Below are positions 1-15,102 of a stretch of 64,000 nt of DNA, piece after piece (within the stretch, counting starts at the first letter, position 1; the number at the start of each line of letters is the position of its first letter). The notes below the pieces were generated by a model, which did no database searches, was not told the DNA's origin, and saw only the letters and a program-made list of their open reading frames with translations. This stretch comes from Eledone cirrhosa. Taxonomy: Eukaryota. The stretch covers positions 23,932,001 to 23,996,000 of the forward strand of contig OZ024754.1 in the NCBI GenBank assembly GCA_964016885.1. Direction: 5' to 3'. The position numbers and the translations under genes were made by a program.

Positions 1-176
1 TAGCATGTATTTCATTTTCTTATGGCATTTTAAGAGGATCCGTCGAGCTGCGGATTATTGAGTCGGGTAGGATCGATATAGATCGAACCTTGAGCTAATC
101 AGAGGCGAAACGCGCGTCACCTATCAATAAATGCAATGAAGGAATAATCAATCGTCCTTTTTATCCTTTCTATATA
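1..176 (+). mobile_element. Possible PLE-type 3' end with partial HHR-like motif
   Basis: GAAA-CGCGCG-TC palindromic stem-III-like motif (107-118), then AATAAA and TA. No clean CTGANGA box is visible. Confidence 0.3.
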
Positions 177-310
177 TTACACTCTGTATAGTCGAGTGCT
201 CTCCCGGGTGAACCTGCAGTAACTCCTAGTTACACCCCCTCGATATATATATATATATATCTGTATATATATATATATGTATATATATATGTATATATAT
301 ATATATATAT

Positions 311-386
<76 letters not shown>

Positions 387-408
387 ATATATATATATAT
401 GTATATAT

Positions 409-690
409 GTCAGGTCACCAGTTGGTGCTACTGGTAACATGTATCCCAGTACAACCTGTCTCATAGTCGGGTCGTTGGCGGCTAAACTGGCAACCCCACC
501 AAGGTTTCTTGGTGAGGAGGGTGACTTTGGACATCCTGCAGGACTAAAAACAAAACCTGTCAAAGGGCAAAGGAGCTCTTAAGAATCAATGGCCATCCAA
601 AATCACCGGGAGAGATGACCCCTTAGCCTTTGTCAAGGCAGAATTCTAGGAGAAGGAAAACTCTGATATAACACCTGCAACCCTGATGGT
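409..690 (+). mobile_element. Structured RTE-type 5'UTR/SINE-like fragment
   Basis: Starts at the edge of a (TA)n tract. Nested stems ccagtt/aactgg, tactgg/ccagta and tagtcg/cggcta. Contains CTAGGAGAAGGAAAACTCTGA, which I recall from invertebrate RTE-related repeats (unverified). Confidence 0.35.
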
Positions 691-1016
691 ATCCAATGAT
701 GTTGACTTGTTCTTCTTTTTGGTAAATATCATCTTGGTTAAGAGAGTGGGACTGGCTTTGTGCAGTGCCTTTGCTCACTATAAAAGCTTCACGGCACAGG
801 CATTGCTTTATATCTGGAGATCTCTCTGCACTTGTCGTCACATGGTACCATGGGCCCAGCACTATGTGTCAATAATTGTCACAAGTGAAGTGTTTCTACC
901 AGAGTTTTCAAGTCGCTGGCTGGACTAAAAAGTCACATTCGTTCAGCGCATCGGTAGGGGTTCTCCTACATGGATATAAAGTAGTGGCCGTACTCGAAAA
1001 CGAGTTGACAGCTGCC

Positions 1017-1157
<141 letters not shown>

Positions 1158-1392
1158 TATGTATGTATACGTACATACATATATGTATACAGACGTACAG
1201 TAGCATGCATATATATATATATATATATACATACATACATGCAGGTACACATACATATATGCACGCATAAGTTTAGCAGACGCTTATTATAGCGCTTGCT
1301 TTGTTCGTTTGTCAACAAACTGAACAGCCTGAATTTATGCCATACGGTGTTAAGGCAACCACGTCACCTTTTTGTTCAACACTGACACAGGA

Positions 1393-1435
1393 ACGATGTA
1401 CTAGTTTCAAGCTTGTTAGCTATCATCAGCACCGT
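1393..1435 (-). ncRNA. Type I hammerhead ribozyme (family B)
   Basis: Reverse complement of the motif at 1830-1872. Confidence 0.85.
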
Positions 1436-1829
1436 TTACCCATCTGCCAGATAGTTGAACGTTCGAAAGTATATACTTTCCTTATGAAAATTAACGGCTG
1501 AGCAGCCTAATTTGCATATTGAGTGAGTTAAATCGGTCAGGCATACCGAAAACGATAAGTTGAAAAAAATGAAAACGAAACGAAAATGAAAACTGTACGT
1601 CTGTATACATATATGTATGTACGTATACATACATACTTACATTTAAGTAAGTGCCATACTAAGAGTGAGAAATGAAATTTCGTTTTTCGTTTTCATTTTT
1701 TTCAACTTATCGTTTTCGGTATGCCTGACCGATTTAACTCACTCAATATGCAAATTAGGCTGCTCAGCCGTTAATTTTCATAAGGAAAGTATATACTTTC
1801 GAACGTTCAACTATCTGGCAGATGGGTAA

Positions 1830-1872
1830 ACGGTGCTGATGATAGCTAACAAGCTTGAAACTAGTACATCGT
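1830..1872 (+). ncRNA. Type I hammerhead ribozyme (family B)
   Basis: acggtg-CTGATGA-t-agct-aaca-agct-t-GAAA-ctag-TA-catcgt. 6-bp stem I, palindromic ACTAGT stem III, GUA triplet. Confidence 0.88.
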
Positions 1873-2177
1873 TCCTGTGTCAGTGTTTAACAAAAAGGTG
1901 ACGTGGTTGCCTTAACACCGTATGGCATAAATTCAGGCTGTTCAGTTTGTTGACAAACGAACAAAGCAAGCGCTATAATAAGCGTCTGCTAAACTGATGC
2001 GTGCATATATGTATGTGTACCTGCATGTATGTATGTATATATATATATATATATATGCATGCTACTGTACGTCTGTATACATATATGTATGTACGTATAC
2101 ATACATACTTACATTTAAGTAAGTGCCATACTAAGAGTGAGAAATGAAATTTCGTTTTTCGTTTTCATTTTTTTCAA

Positions 2178-2222
<45 letters not shown>

Positions 2223-2237
2223 ACATATATATATATA

Positions 2238-2337
<100 letters not shown>

Positions 2338-2561
2338 CATATATATATTTTTATACTTGGGGAGGGTCATATTTGTGTAATATTGCCAGAATTAATAACA
2401 GAACACACTCACTGTTTGGTTGGTCTTCGCTTTTCGCTTCTGTGTCTTTTATATCGGTAATCTAATTTATTCGGTCCTCAATGTTGCCATTAACTGACCA
2501 ACGGTAAAAAATAATACAGATACAATATAGACACAAACACATATATAGTTTATCAAACTTC

Positions 2562-2594
2562 TTTCGTTGCACATCTGCAACATCGTCAGTGGTG
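2562..2594 (-). ncRNA. Degenerate HHR core in the PLE-A 3' end
   Basis: CTGACGA-t-gttgca-gatg-tgcaac-GAAA. Stems I and III pair poorly. Confidence 0.5.
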
Positions 2595-2868
2595 CTATTG
2601 TTTCCTCCCGTTACATTGTATGTCTACGCCATCTTTATTTAGTCTGTTTATATATTTATTTATTTATTTGTTTGTTTGTTATTTTATTTTGTCTTCTTTG
2701 CGCATGCGTTTGCGTGTGTGTATAGTGTTTTGTTTGATGTGTATTCGTGATTGGGTGACTGTGTATCGGTTAATGTATTCTATCTTTACTAGTGTGTGTT
2801 TATATGTGTTTGTTGTTATTGTGCTTGTGTATGTATTTATTTATTTATTTATCTATTTATTTATTTAT

Positions 2869-3780
2869 TTATACTTCTCTTAGGTCAGTGTTGTTTGTTT
2901 GGGTGTTGTTGTTATTCCATTCATTCTTTCTGTTTAGTCTTGGCCTTCTAAGTTCTATTTCACTGGCCTCTCTGATTTGCCTATCTGCTGGGTCATTTCT
3001 ATGTTTAGATATTATTCTAATTACTATGTTGTCTATGTTACTGTCGTGTTGTTTTCTGGCATGTTCGTATAGTACTGACCCGTTTTTTCGTCCTTTTAGT
3101 TCCCCCCAGTGTTGGTCTATCCTTTCACCTATGCTAAGAGCTGTCTCGCCTATGTATGTTGTTGTCATGTTTCTGCAAGTACCCTCTGTACATCTTATGC
3201 TATAGACTACGTTTCTAGTTTTACAGTTTATCCGGGGGTTTACCTTACATATGATACATTTCGTATTGGTACAGTGGGTTATCTTAAAATGGTAGGTTTT
3301 GCTGATCAGGGATTTTATGGTGGTTCCTGGCTTTTCTACCACCTTAATCTTTAAGTGGGTCTTTCTCAGGGCCTTTCTACACTGGTTAGCTAATTTCCCT
3401 CCAGGGGTAGCGTCCACAAACATGACACTCTGGTATCTCTGGTTGTCGTACCATGAGGTGGCTTTCCCTATCTTATGTCTAGCTCTATCTAAGCTATTCC
3501 ATGATTTGCTCCTGTATAATGGGCAAATTCCTTTCATGTCCAGTTCTATGAGGGTCTTATACTTCTCCATGGCTCCTTCGTATACTCTGACTCTATCTCT
3601 TTGGTTGTAGCCAGAGAACTGCATGCGGTTGATGAAGTGTTGGATGTGTCTTTCCATTTCTGTTGGGTCGCACATGCGGGACACATTCTTCATCACTCGC
3701 ACCAAATCTGCGATCAGAATATTAAACTTAGCACTACTGGACATTGCTGAGTTTTTGAGTATCAGGTATTTGGAGGCCAT
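2869..3780 (-). pseudogene. PLE-A thumb/linker + GIY-YIG endonuclease fragment
   Basis: 303-aa ORF with VVYSIRC/YIGET and RQIREA motifs. Upstream RT pieces lie at 3897-4310 and 4316-4590. Confidence 0.9.
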
Positions 3781-4601
3781 GGGTTTAGCATAGTGTGAGT
3801 GGAGAATTTGGGCTATCTCGTCTATAGTGTTAATCCAGAGTTCCGTGTCTAATACAGGTAGTCTATTTTTATGGTGTTTGGAAGGGTAGTCGATAGTTAC
3901 AGGTGTATGGAATTAGCTATCTGCTGGATGCTTTCCATTGTGCTACGTTCTAAATCAAACTTGTTAGTGCTCTCTAGTGGGGATGTTCTTATAACTATAT
4001 TGATATCGTCTACGTAACGAGTGTACATGATGAGGTCTATGGAGCTCTCATTGAGGAGATCTTTAAGTCTCCTTTCCCACCATACCATAAAAAGGTTGGC
4101 AACATCACCAGCTATGCTGACGCCAATGGCTGCTCCCTCATTTTGGGTGTAGATCTTCTCCTTGAACTTGAATATGTCGCCCTTTAGGGTAGTTTTGATA
4201 CTAGCCCCTATTGCATGTGCGACCATTTTTCTTACTTGATCATTGTTTTGGGGGGTCCGTATAGCTTTGGTCCACCCAATCCACCTTCCCATGGGAGTCT
4301 TTTTTGCCATTGAGGTTATGGTGGGGGGAGTCTACCTCTTATGGGTCTACTAGGGCAGAAACGTCTAAGGTCGTGGCTGTCTAGATAGTCAGTGTCGTAG
4401 GTAAATCTAAGTAGGAGGCCCAGTTCGTCTGTGTTGACGTCGCAGAACTCCACCTCACTCTCAATGATCATCTCCACACATTTTTTCACAGCAAAATCTA
4501 TGTTAATGGATGGGTACAGTGTTACCACATCCATGCTGCCTATTGTGCAGTTGGATAGGTTCCTGTTTTTGTTGCACTCACTGATTCTGCTTATATATAC
4601 A

Positions 4602-4635
<34 letters not shown>

Positions 4636-5315
4636 AATAGAAAGGAAATTGCGAAGGCGTATGTCCTCATAGCGCCACATATGGCGATGCTAAGCCGTGT
4701 CCTCAGGGAGGAGAAAACCGAAGAGAAGGGAGAGGAGAGGTAGAAAGAAAAAGAAAAGGAGGAGAGGACAAGCACGGACCTGAAAGAAAATGAGATACCT
4801 TCCGCCACAGTCAGGGAGGGCTGGCCGGGCAACCAACAAGCAAAAGGTAAAGGTAAAAAGCGAAATCACCTTCCGAAGGAGAACCAAACGCAGAGGGACC
4901 AGTGGACAACTGTTCAAAGGAAGAACAGAAAGCACCGAGACACTGGGAGCAAAAAGACCCAAGTAATGTGCAAGTTTTTCAAGAACGGGACCTGCTAGCA
5001 TGGAGAGACAGGGATGGGATGCAGATTCGCCCACCCCAGGTCTCAAACGAACTATGCCCATCCTACTCGCGCAACATGCCCCAGCCAAAGCCGAAATAAG
5101 CCGCTCCAGAAGTATGCTGATGTCGCGCGTGCTGCACCAACAAGGAGAAGGCACGCACATGCCGACGAGATACAGATAGCAGCAGCAGAGCAGAAAAATA
5201 TTTCAGTGATGGCAGAGAAGATTGTGGGACAGCTGACCTGGTTGCATCGTTTCCAGAGCCTGGGTCACCCACACCAGCACTCGAGATCGAGACCACCACA
5301 GCTAAGGGACCCAGA

Positions 5316-6578
5316 GTGGCCGCCGCTGACAGACCAGGTGTCATACCGACAGCCATTACTGTCACCCCAAAAGTCACACCAGTGCTGCTGCTGAATGTCA
5401 GAGGCCTGGTGAAACTCAGTAACATGAGTAAAATTTCCTACCTGGGAGACTTAGCCATAAGCAATCAAGCATTATGCATGGCACTAACCGAAACGCACCT
5501 GACAAACAGTAAAGCAGATGCAGAAATACATATACCAAAATATACTGTATTTCGTTCGGACAGGAAGGAGAGAACTCATGGTGGGGTTGCTCTGTATATC
5601 CGTGAAGATGTCCTACCAAATGTACTGTTGACACGTTCAAACTCAGTCTGTGACACACTGATAGTACATATGAAGCAACTACAGACAGTAATATGTGTCA
5701 CATATCGACCGCCCGATGCCCCCAGTCATGAGGGTAAATTTGAGGATAGCCTAAGTAGGATAGAAGAGGTCCTTGACAAACTGGACCAGGGTCTCAACAT
5801 TCTCCTTCTGGGAGACTTCAACCTACCAAAGGTCAAATGGCCTGAGGGCCACCTCCTCCCTGGAATGACGTCAATAGAACAGAGACAGACGGAATCCCTG
5901 CTGGCCCTCACACACAGGCTGTTCATGGAGCAAGCAATACTCCTCCCAACAAGAGGCGAAAATGTCCTGGACCTCTGTTTTACAAACAACGAAGTGCTCA
6001 TCCACAATGTAAAGATGACACCAACAATTCTCTCGGATCATAACTTAGTAGAGCTAATGATATGTGGTCCAAGAGAACCAACAGAGACAAAACCACCAAG
6101 AAGCTCCGGGACGTTATCCAGCCTTAACTTCTACAAGGCTAACTGGAAAAAGTTTAAGAGAGAAATCCGGAAGCAAACATGGAGTGAAAACACCGCCACA
6201 CAAGACACTAACACATCATTTCAACACTTCATGACAACGATACACACTATGTGCAAAAAGTTTGTCCCGGAGAAAAAGGCAAACAGACACAAAAATCTTA
6301 TTCCCAGAGATAGGAAAATCCTTATGAGACGTAGAACCAACCTCTCAAACCAGTTGAATAGTCAACAAAACAAAAACAAGAAGGAATCCTATTTGAAATG
6401 TGCACTACTTGGCACCGAGCTTGCACTCAAGCTTTCCCATGAGAATGAGAGGGCAAAGAAAGAGAACAGCGCCATAGAAAACATTAAAACAAACCCTAAA
6501 GCCTTCTTTAAATTTGCAAAAAAACTGCCTCAGTACACTGCAAGATTGGGCCACTCTTCCATACGGACGGTTCATTAA
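5316..6578 (+). pseudogene. LINE D ORF2 apurinic-like endonuclease region
   Basis: LLNVRG, TETHL, GGVALY, YRPP, GDFN, LDL and SDH motifs. Frameshift near 6521. Confidence 0.92.
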
Positions 6579-6592
6579 CCGAAACCCCCCAG

Positions 6593-7600
6593 GTGATATG
6601 TGAAATACTGAACGAACAGTACCAAAGTGCGTTCACATGTCCACTGAGGCACATGCAAATAACGAAGCCAGAGGAGTTATTTGATGCCACAACACTACAT
6701 GAAGAAATGGCCACCATCAACCACATAGACATAACGGAGGAGGATGTGGTGTACGCCATTGATGAAATTAGAAGAGACTCGGCTGCTGGACCTGATGGAT
6801 TCCCAGCAGTTCTCTTAAAAATAAGTAAGCCGGCCTTAGCAACTCCACTGAAGATGCTCTTCAGAAGCTCCTTGGCTAGCGGTGTACTACCCAGGGAGCT
6901 GAAAGAAGGCACAATATGCCCTATCCATAAAGGAGGTAGCAGGGCGGAGGCCAAAAACTATAGGCCAGTCTCCCTGACGTCGCATATCAGTAAGGTCATG
7001 GAGCGAGTCGTCAGAAAGAAACTGATCACTTTCCTCGAGGAAAATGACCGCCTGACTAGCACGCAACATGGCTTCCGCCCAGGAAGAAGCTGCCTTACAC
7101 AGCTGCTACATCACTACGACTGGGTACTGAAACAACTACTAGACGGCTCCCATGTGGACGTGATATACCTTGACTTTGCGAAGGCCTTTGACAAGGTCGA
7201 CCACGGAATGATATGTCACAAACTACACGGACTCGGCATAACTGGAAAAGTAGGTGAGTGGCTGCATGACTTCCTAAAGGACAGAAGCCAGGCAGTCGCA
7301 GCAAATGGGGCCCTTTCAAAGGAATCACCAATAACATGTGGGATGCCCCAGGGGACAGTCCTGGGACCACTACTGTTTTTGGTGGCACTCTCAGACATGC
7401 CCTCTGTAGTACATACAGCAACATCCCTCACTAGCTATGCTGATGACACTAAGGTAGCACAGGCAATCAAAAACCCGGCTGACGCTGCCCTTTTACAGCA
7501 GGATCTGGATGCCATATACAATGGGCGGAAGAAAACAACATACAGTTTAATGCTGGCAAATTCCAAGCCCTACAATACAAACCTGCAAACACAAATATAG
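6593..7600 (+). pseudogene. LINE D ORF2 reverse transcriptase region
   Basis: GPDG, NYRPVSL, QHGFR, DFAKAFD, PQG and YADD motifs. Further frameshifts and stops to ~8330. Confidence 0.92.
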
Positions 7601-8406
7601 TACAACACAACTACACAGGACCAGGAGGGACCGATATCCCCGTGTCAAAATCGATACGAGACCTGGGCATAGACATGAGCGATGATGCATCTTTTTATTC
7701 ACACATCATGAAAGTGGCGACAATGTGCAGACAACTCGCTGGCTGGATCTTGAGGACTTTCCAGACAAGAGACCGAGACACCATGTTGACACTATGGAGA
7801 ACATTTTCCTAATCCGCCCGGACTACTGCTCCCAGTTGTGGTCACCCCATAGTGTCAAACTAACCACGGAGCTTGAGGCAATCCAGCGAAGCTACACCAA
7901 GAGGATTGCCACGATGAAGGAGACAAGCTACTAGGAGAGGCTAAAGGAACTGAACCTCTACTCCTTGGAACGAAGACGGGAGAGATACGCAGTGATCTAC
8001 ATGTGGAAAATCCTGGAGGGACTAGCACCAAACTTTGGCATTGGGAGCTGGACCATCCGTCGAACAAGACATCTCTGTGTGGTGCCAGAGGTCCCATCTT
8101 CCACATCTAGAATATGGAGCAGGTATTGCAATAGCTTGGGATTCAAGGGCCCTCAACTCTTCAACAGGCTGCCGAGGGATCTGAGAGATTTAGCATGACG
8201 TGGAGGTGGATGTCTTCAAGAAACATCTCGACACCTTGTTGTCCAGGATCTCGGATGAGCCCACAGCAAGGCACGAGGGAAACCTAAGGGCAGCAACAAC
8301 ACCAGTGGCCAACCTATACAGGCTCGAGATAAAATGTGTAGCAACAAGGGCGGTGCCCCAGCATGGCCTCAGCCGGAAGGCTGAAACAGGTAAAAGAGTA
8401 AAAGAG

Positions 8407-10622
<2,216 letters not shown>

Positions 10623-11115
10623 GTTTGTTTTTGTTTTTTAATTTCCGGTTGATTCTATTTATTTATTTTATTCTATATTTTATATTTTATATTTTATTTG
10701 TAATAGTACTGTGCATTATATTTACTGTCTGGCACTTACTCACTCATCCATATACATGTCTGTCTACCAACTTTGTAATTATAAGTAATTATATATTATA
10801 TTGTATTAATTTATTTTATATAATATATTATATTATATTGTATTTTTTATTGTAATATTGATCCTTATTACTTACTGTTAATTATATGTAACATTATGAT
10901 ATGTTAAACTTTATATATCATGTAAGATGTTTGTACTTCTGTACCATCAAAATTTTTTTGAGGTATTGTACAATCAAAATTTTTCTGTACCATCAAAATT
11001 TTTTTGAGGTATTGTACAATTTATTTTTCCTCACCTACTCTGTAACCCAATATGAACTGATTTGTTAACTTGAGTACATTTATATTGTTTATGATAAATG
11101 TTAGTATATTGTATA

Positions 11116-12028
11116 CTAGCAGTAAAGCCCGGCGTTGCTCGGGGTCGCTCAGTAGCTGTGTTAAAGTTACAATGTTAAGTTTCTTTTTTGGCTTAAAAAC
11201 TGTAGTGTCTACTGTGCAGACTTGCATGTGGTGTTTTTGATTAATATTCCCTCAAACAACAATATGCCTTATGAAGTTAAGAAAACATAACGATAACCCG
11301 AATGTTATAACAAAAGAGGATGCTGGGGATAAAAACTGCACTGGTTATTTATTAACAAAGATCGAAAATGTAAACACTGCAACGCAGATAAAAACATTAG
11401 CGTAACCAAATTATCAGTTATGTCTGTCTGCACGCCTATATCACCTCTCTGCACGACTGTCTGTCTGCACGCCTATATCACCTCTCTGCACGACTGTCTG
11501 TCTGCACGCCTATATCACCTCTCTGCACGACTATCTGTCTGCACGCGTATATCACCTCTCTGCACGACTGTCTGTCTGCACGACTGTCTGTCTGCACGCC
11601 TAACGACGAAATATTTGCTTGTTTTACGTAGTCTTTAAGTAGACTTGTTTTCAAGTAAAAATATTGTTTTAAAATGCTTTTAAATGGAAATGAAGCAAAA
11701 CGGAAGCTTAGTGTTCGAACTGATGAATTTTGCAGGTCAATATTTTGCTGGCTCGACAACTGTTAAAGCCAGCGTAATTTTTTACGTAAGACGCTCAATG
11801 TAAACAGAACAAAGGGAAATAACTGATAACTTACGCTCAAAAATCGATACATTATATTCGATTTCGTCACATAGGGTGGGTCAATTTGAAATTTTTTTTT
11901 CCGATGTCTTCGCTAGGGCTCAATGTACAAGTATAGCAATTTCGGTGCAATTCCGTGAGAGATTCTAAGAGGAGATGTGTGCCAAAAATCGATAGACTGA
12001 CAGACAACCACAGTTTTATATATATAGA
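11116..12028 (-). mobile_element. Non-autonomous Helitron
   Basis: Minus strand begins A|TCTATATATATAAAA and ends with hairpin CCCGAGCAACGCCGGG, a short spacer and CTAG|T. A/T target, no TSD. Confidence 0.8.
11421..11600. repeat. 37-bp minisatellite inside the Helitron
   Basis: TGTCTGTCTGCACGCCTATATCACCTCTCTGCACGAC, about 4.5 copies. Confidence 0.9.
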
Positions 12029-12587
12029 TTGTAAATGTTAATATATTATTATTATATTATTATTGTGACATCTATATTGTTTGTGTAAATTAACCGGTGA
12101 TTATCTATTCTATTATATTGTATTATATAGTATATAATTATATTATTTATTATTTATTATTTATTATATGTGCTACTTATAATTATATCATATTATTACC
12201 TCATGTATATTGGGTAGATGTATTAGTATTATTATTATTATTATTTTCATTCCTATCATGCTTATTTTTATATTCAAATTCTTAATAAGGTTTAATTTGT
12301 GCAGTTGAAGATGGATGTGTGTATTGTTGTATGTGTATGTGTGTGTACGTGTGCGCACATATATACATATGCATATTGTATCTTTTGATTTTTATTGTAA
12401 TTTTAATGTTGGTAAAGGTATATTATAGTATATTATATTGTATTATATATAATTCCTGCTCTATATAACCACCTTTCTTTAGCTCTAGTGTTTTTTTGCT
12501 TTGGACTATATTTGTAATATGGTTCTTAATGTTATATACATCCTTAGTAATTTTTATCATATATTTTTATTATATATTTTTGTAATA

Positions 12588-12749
12588 CTTCAGTGTATGT
12601 ACACTCCATATTCTTCGGAGCTTCCGGCTTGTATCTGCCGATATTACTTCTTGTTGTTTTAATTGCCCTGATGAGTCCTTAATAGGACGAAACATTGTCG
12701 GCTAATAAAGACTTTTGATGTATTGAAGGCTTCTTTATTTTACTGTCTT

Positions 12750-12752
<3 letters not shown>
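12588..12752 (+). mobile_element. PLE-type 3' end (pLTR family F)
   Basis: HHR plus AATAAA (12704), then (TA)n. Near-identical inverted copy at 14939-15104 and a diverged copy at 14641-14800. Confidence 0.75.
12663..12705 (+). ncRNA. Canonical minimal type I hammerhead (family F)
   Basis: gcc-CTGATGA-gtcct-taat-aggac-GAAA-cattg-TC-ggc. GUC triplet. Confidence 0.92.
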
Positions 12753-13110
<358 letters not shown>

Positions 13111-13155
13111 GAAAGTTATATTTAAATTGTTGGGTTACAACTAGTAAATATTTAT

Positions 13156-13610
13156 TTCAGGGATATCATATTAACAATATGTTATGCCTTCTTCAGACAA
13201 AATACAATATAGACATTTTTATAAATAAATAGATTTGACATACCGTTCAACATCGACTTGTATTTGAAAAGTTGATTTGGCAGTGAAAAACTACTTTTCT
13301 CTATATATATCTATCCCTATCTATTTCCTCTCTCTATATATCTCTCTCTGTTTCTTTACATGAAGTTCTTCTCTTTATCTATCTTTCCATCTCTCTATTT
13401 AGTTGCATGCATTTCTTCTTTTTCTTCGTTTTCTTTCTTTCTTTCCTTCTTTCTTTCTTTCTTTCTGTTTACAATTTTTCACTGCCAAATCAACTTTTCA
13501 AATACAAGTCGATGTTGAACGGTATGTCAAATCTATTTATTTATAAAACTGTCTATATCGTATTTTGTCTGAAGAAGGCATAACATATTGTTAATATGAT
13601 ATCCCTGAAA
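13156..13610. repeat. Foldback: ~135-bp inverted arms around a pyrimidine-rich spacer
   Basis: 13156-13290 is the reverse complement of 13474-13610 with a few mismatches. The arms contain CTGAAGA-agg..cct-GAAA. Confidence 0.85.
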
Positions 13611-13664
13611 TATATATAATGAAATAAATATGGTTTTATAAATATAGTTTCCATTTATTTAATA

Positions 13665-14541
<877 letters not shown>

Positions 14542-14685
14542 AATTGAAATACTAGAGTGTGTTGGAGTTAAACACCCTCTTCATATTATAGAAATGACAG
14601 TAAAGGTATAGCTCAATGTAATTAAACAGAGCCGAAGAATTATGAAAATAAACCAAAGAAGCCTTCAATACATCAAAAGTCCTTA

Positions 14686-14728
14686 TTAGCCAACAATGTT
14701 TCGTCCTATTAAGGACTCATCAGGGCAA
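14686..14728 (-). ncRNA. Hammerhead family F, diverged copy (GUU triplet)
   Basis: Reverse complement reads gccCTGATGAgtccttaataggacGAAAcattgTTggc. Confidence 0.88.
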
Positions 14729-14859
14729 TTAAAGCTATAAGAAGCACTATCAGCCAATACAAGCCGAAAACTCAGAAGAATATGGAGGGTACATAGATTA
14801 AATCATAGGAAAATAATCGGGTAAAAATTATGAAGTAAAAAATTATCTATATATATATA

Positions 14860-14940
<81 letters not shown>

Positions 14941-14984
14941 AAGAGAGTAAAACAAAGAAGCCTTTAATACATCAAAAGTTTTTA

Positions 14985-15027
14985 TTAGCCGACAATGTTT
15001 CGTCCTATTAAGGACTCATCAGGGCAA
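14985..15027 (-). ncRNA. Hammerhead family F
   Basis: Reverse complement is identical to the 12663-12705 core. Confidence 0.9.
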
Positions 15028-15102
15028 TTAAAACAACAAGAAGCAATATCGGCAGATACAAGCCGGAAGCTCCGAAGAATATGGAGTGTACATACACTAA
15101 AG

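Larger units (their letters stand above)
2350..4590 (-). mobile_element. Penelope-like element A (5'-truncated, frameshifted)
   Basis: RT motifs SMDVVTLYPSI, GAAIGVSIAGDVANLFM and YTRYVDD. GIY-YIG NVVYSIRC..TYIGET preceded by a Cys cluster. (TA)n on both sides. Confidence 0.93.

Noticed and set aside
10938-11020. 38-bp tandem duplication, and the ~125-bp duplication at 57404-57625
   Set aside because: Ordinary local duplications with no further structure recognised.
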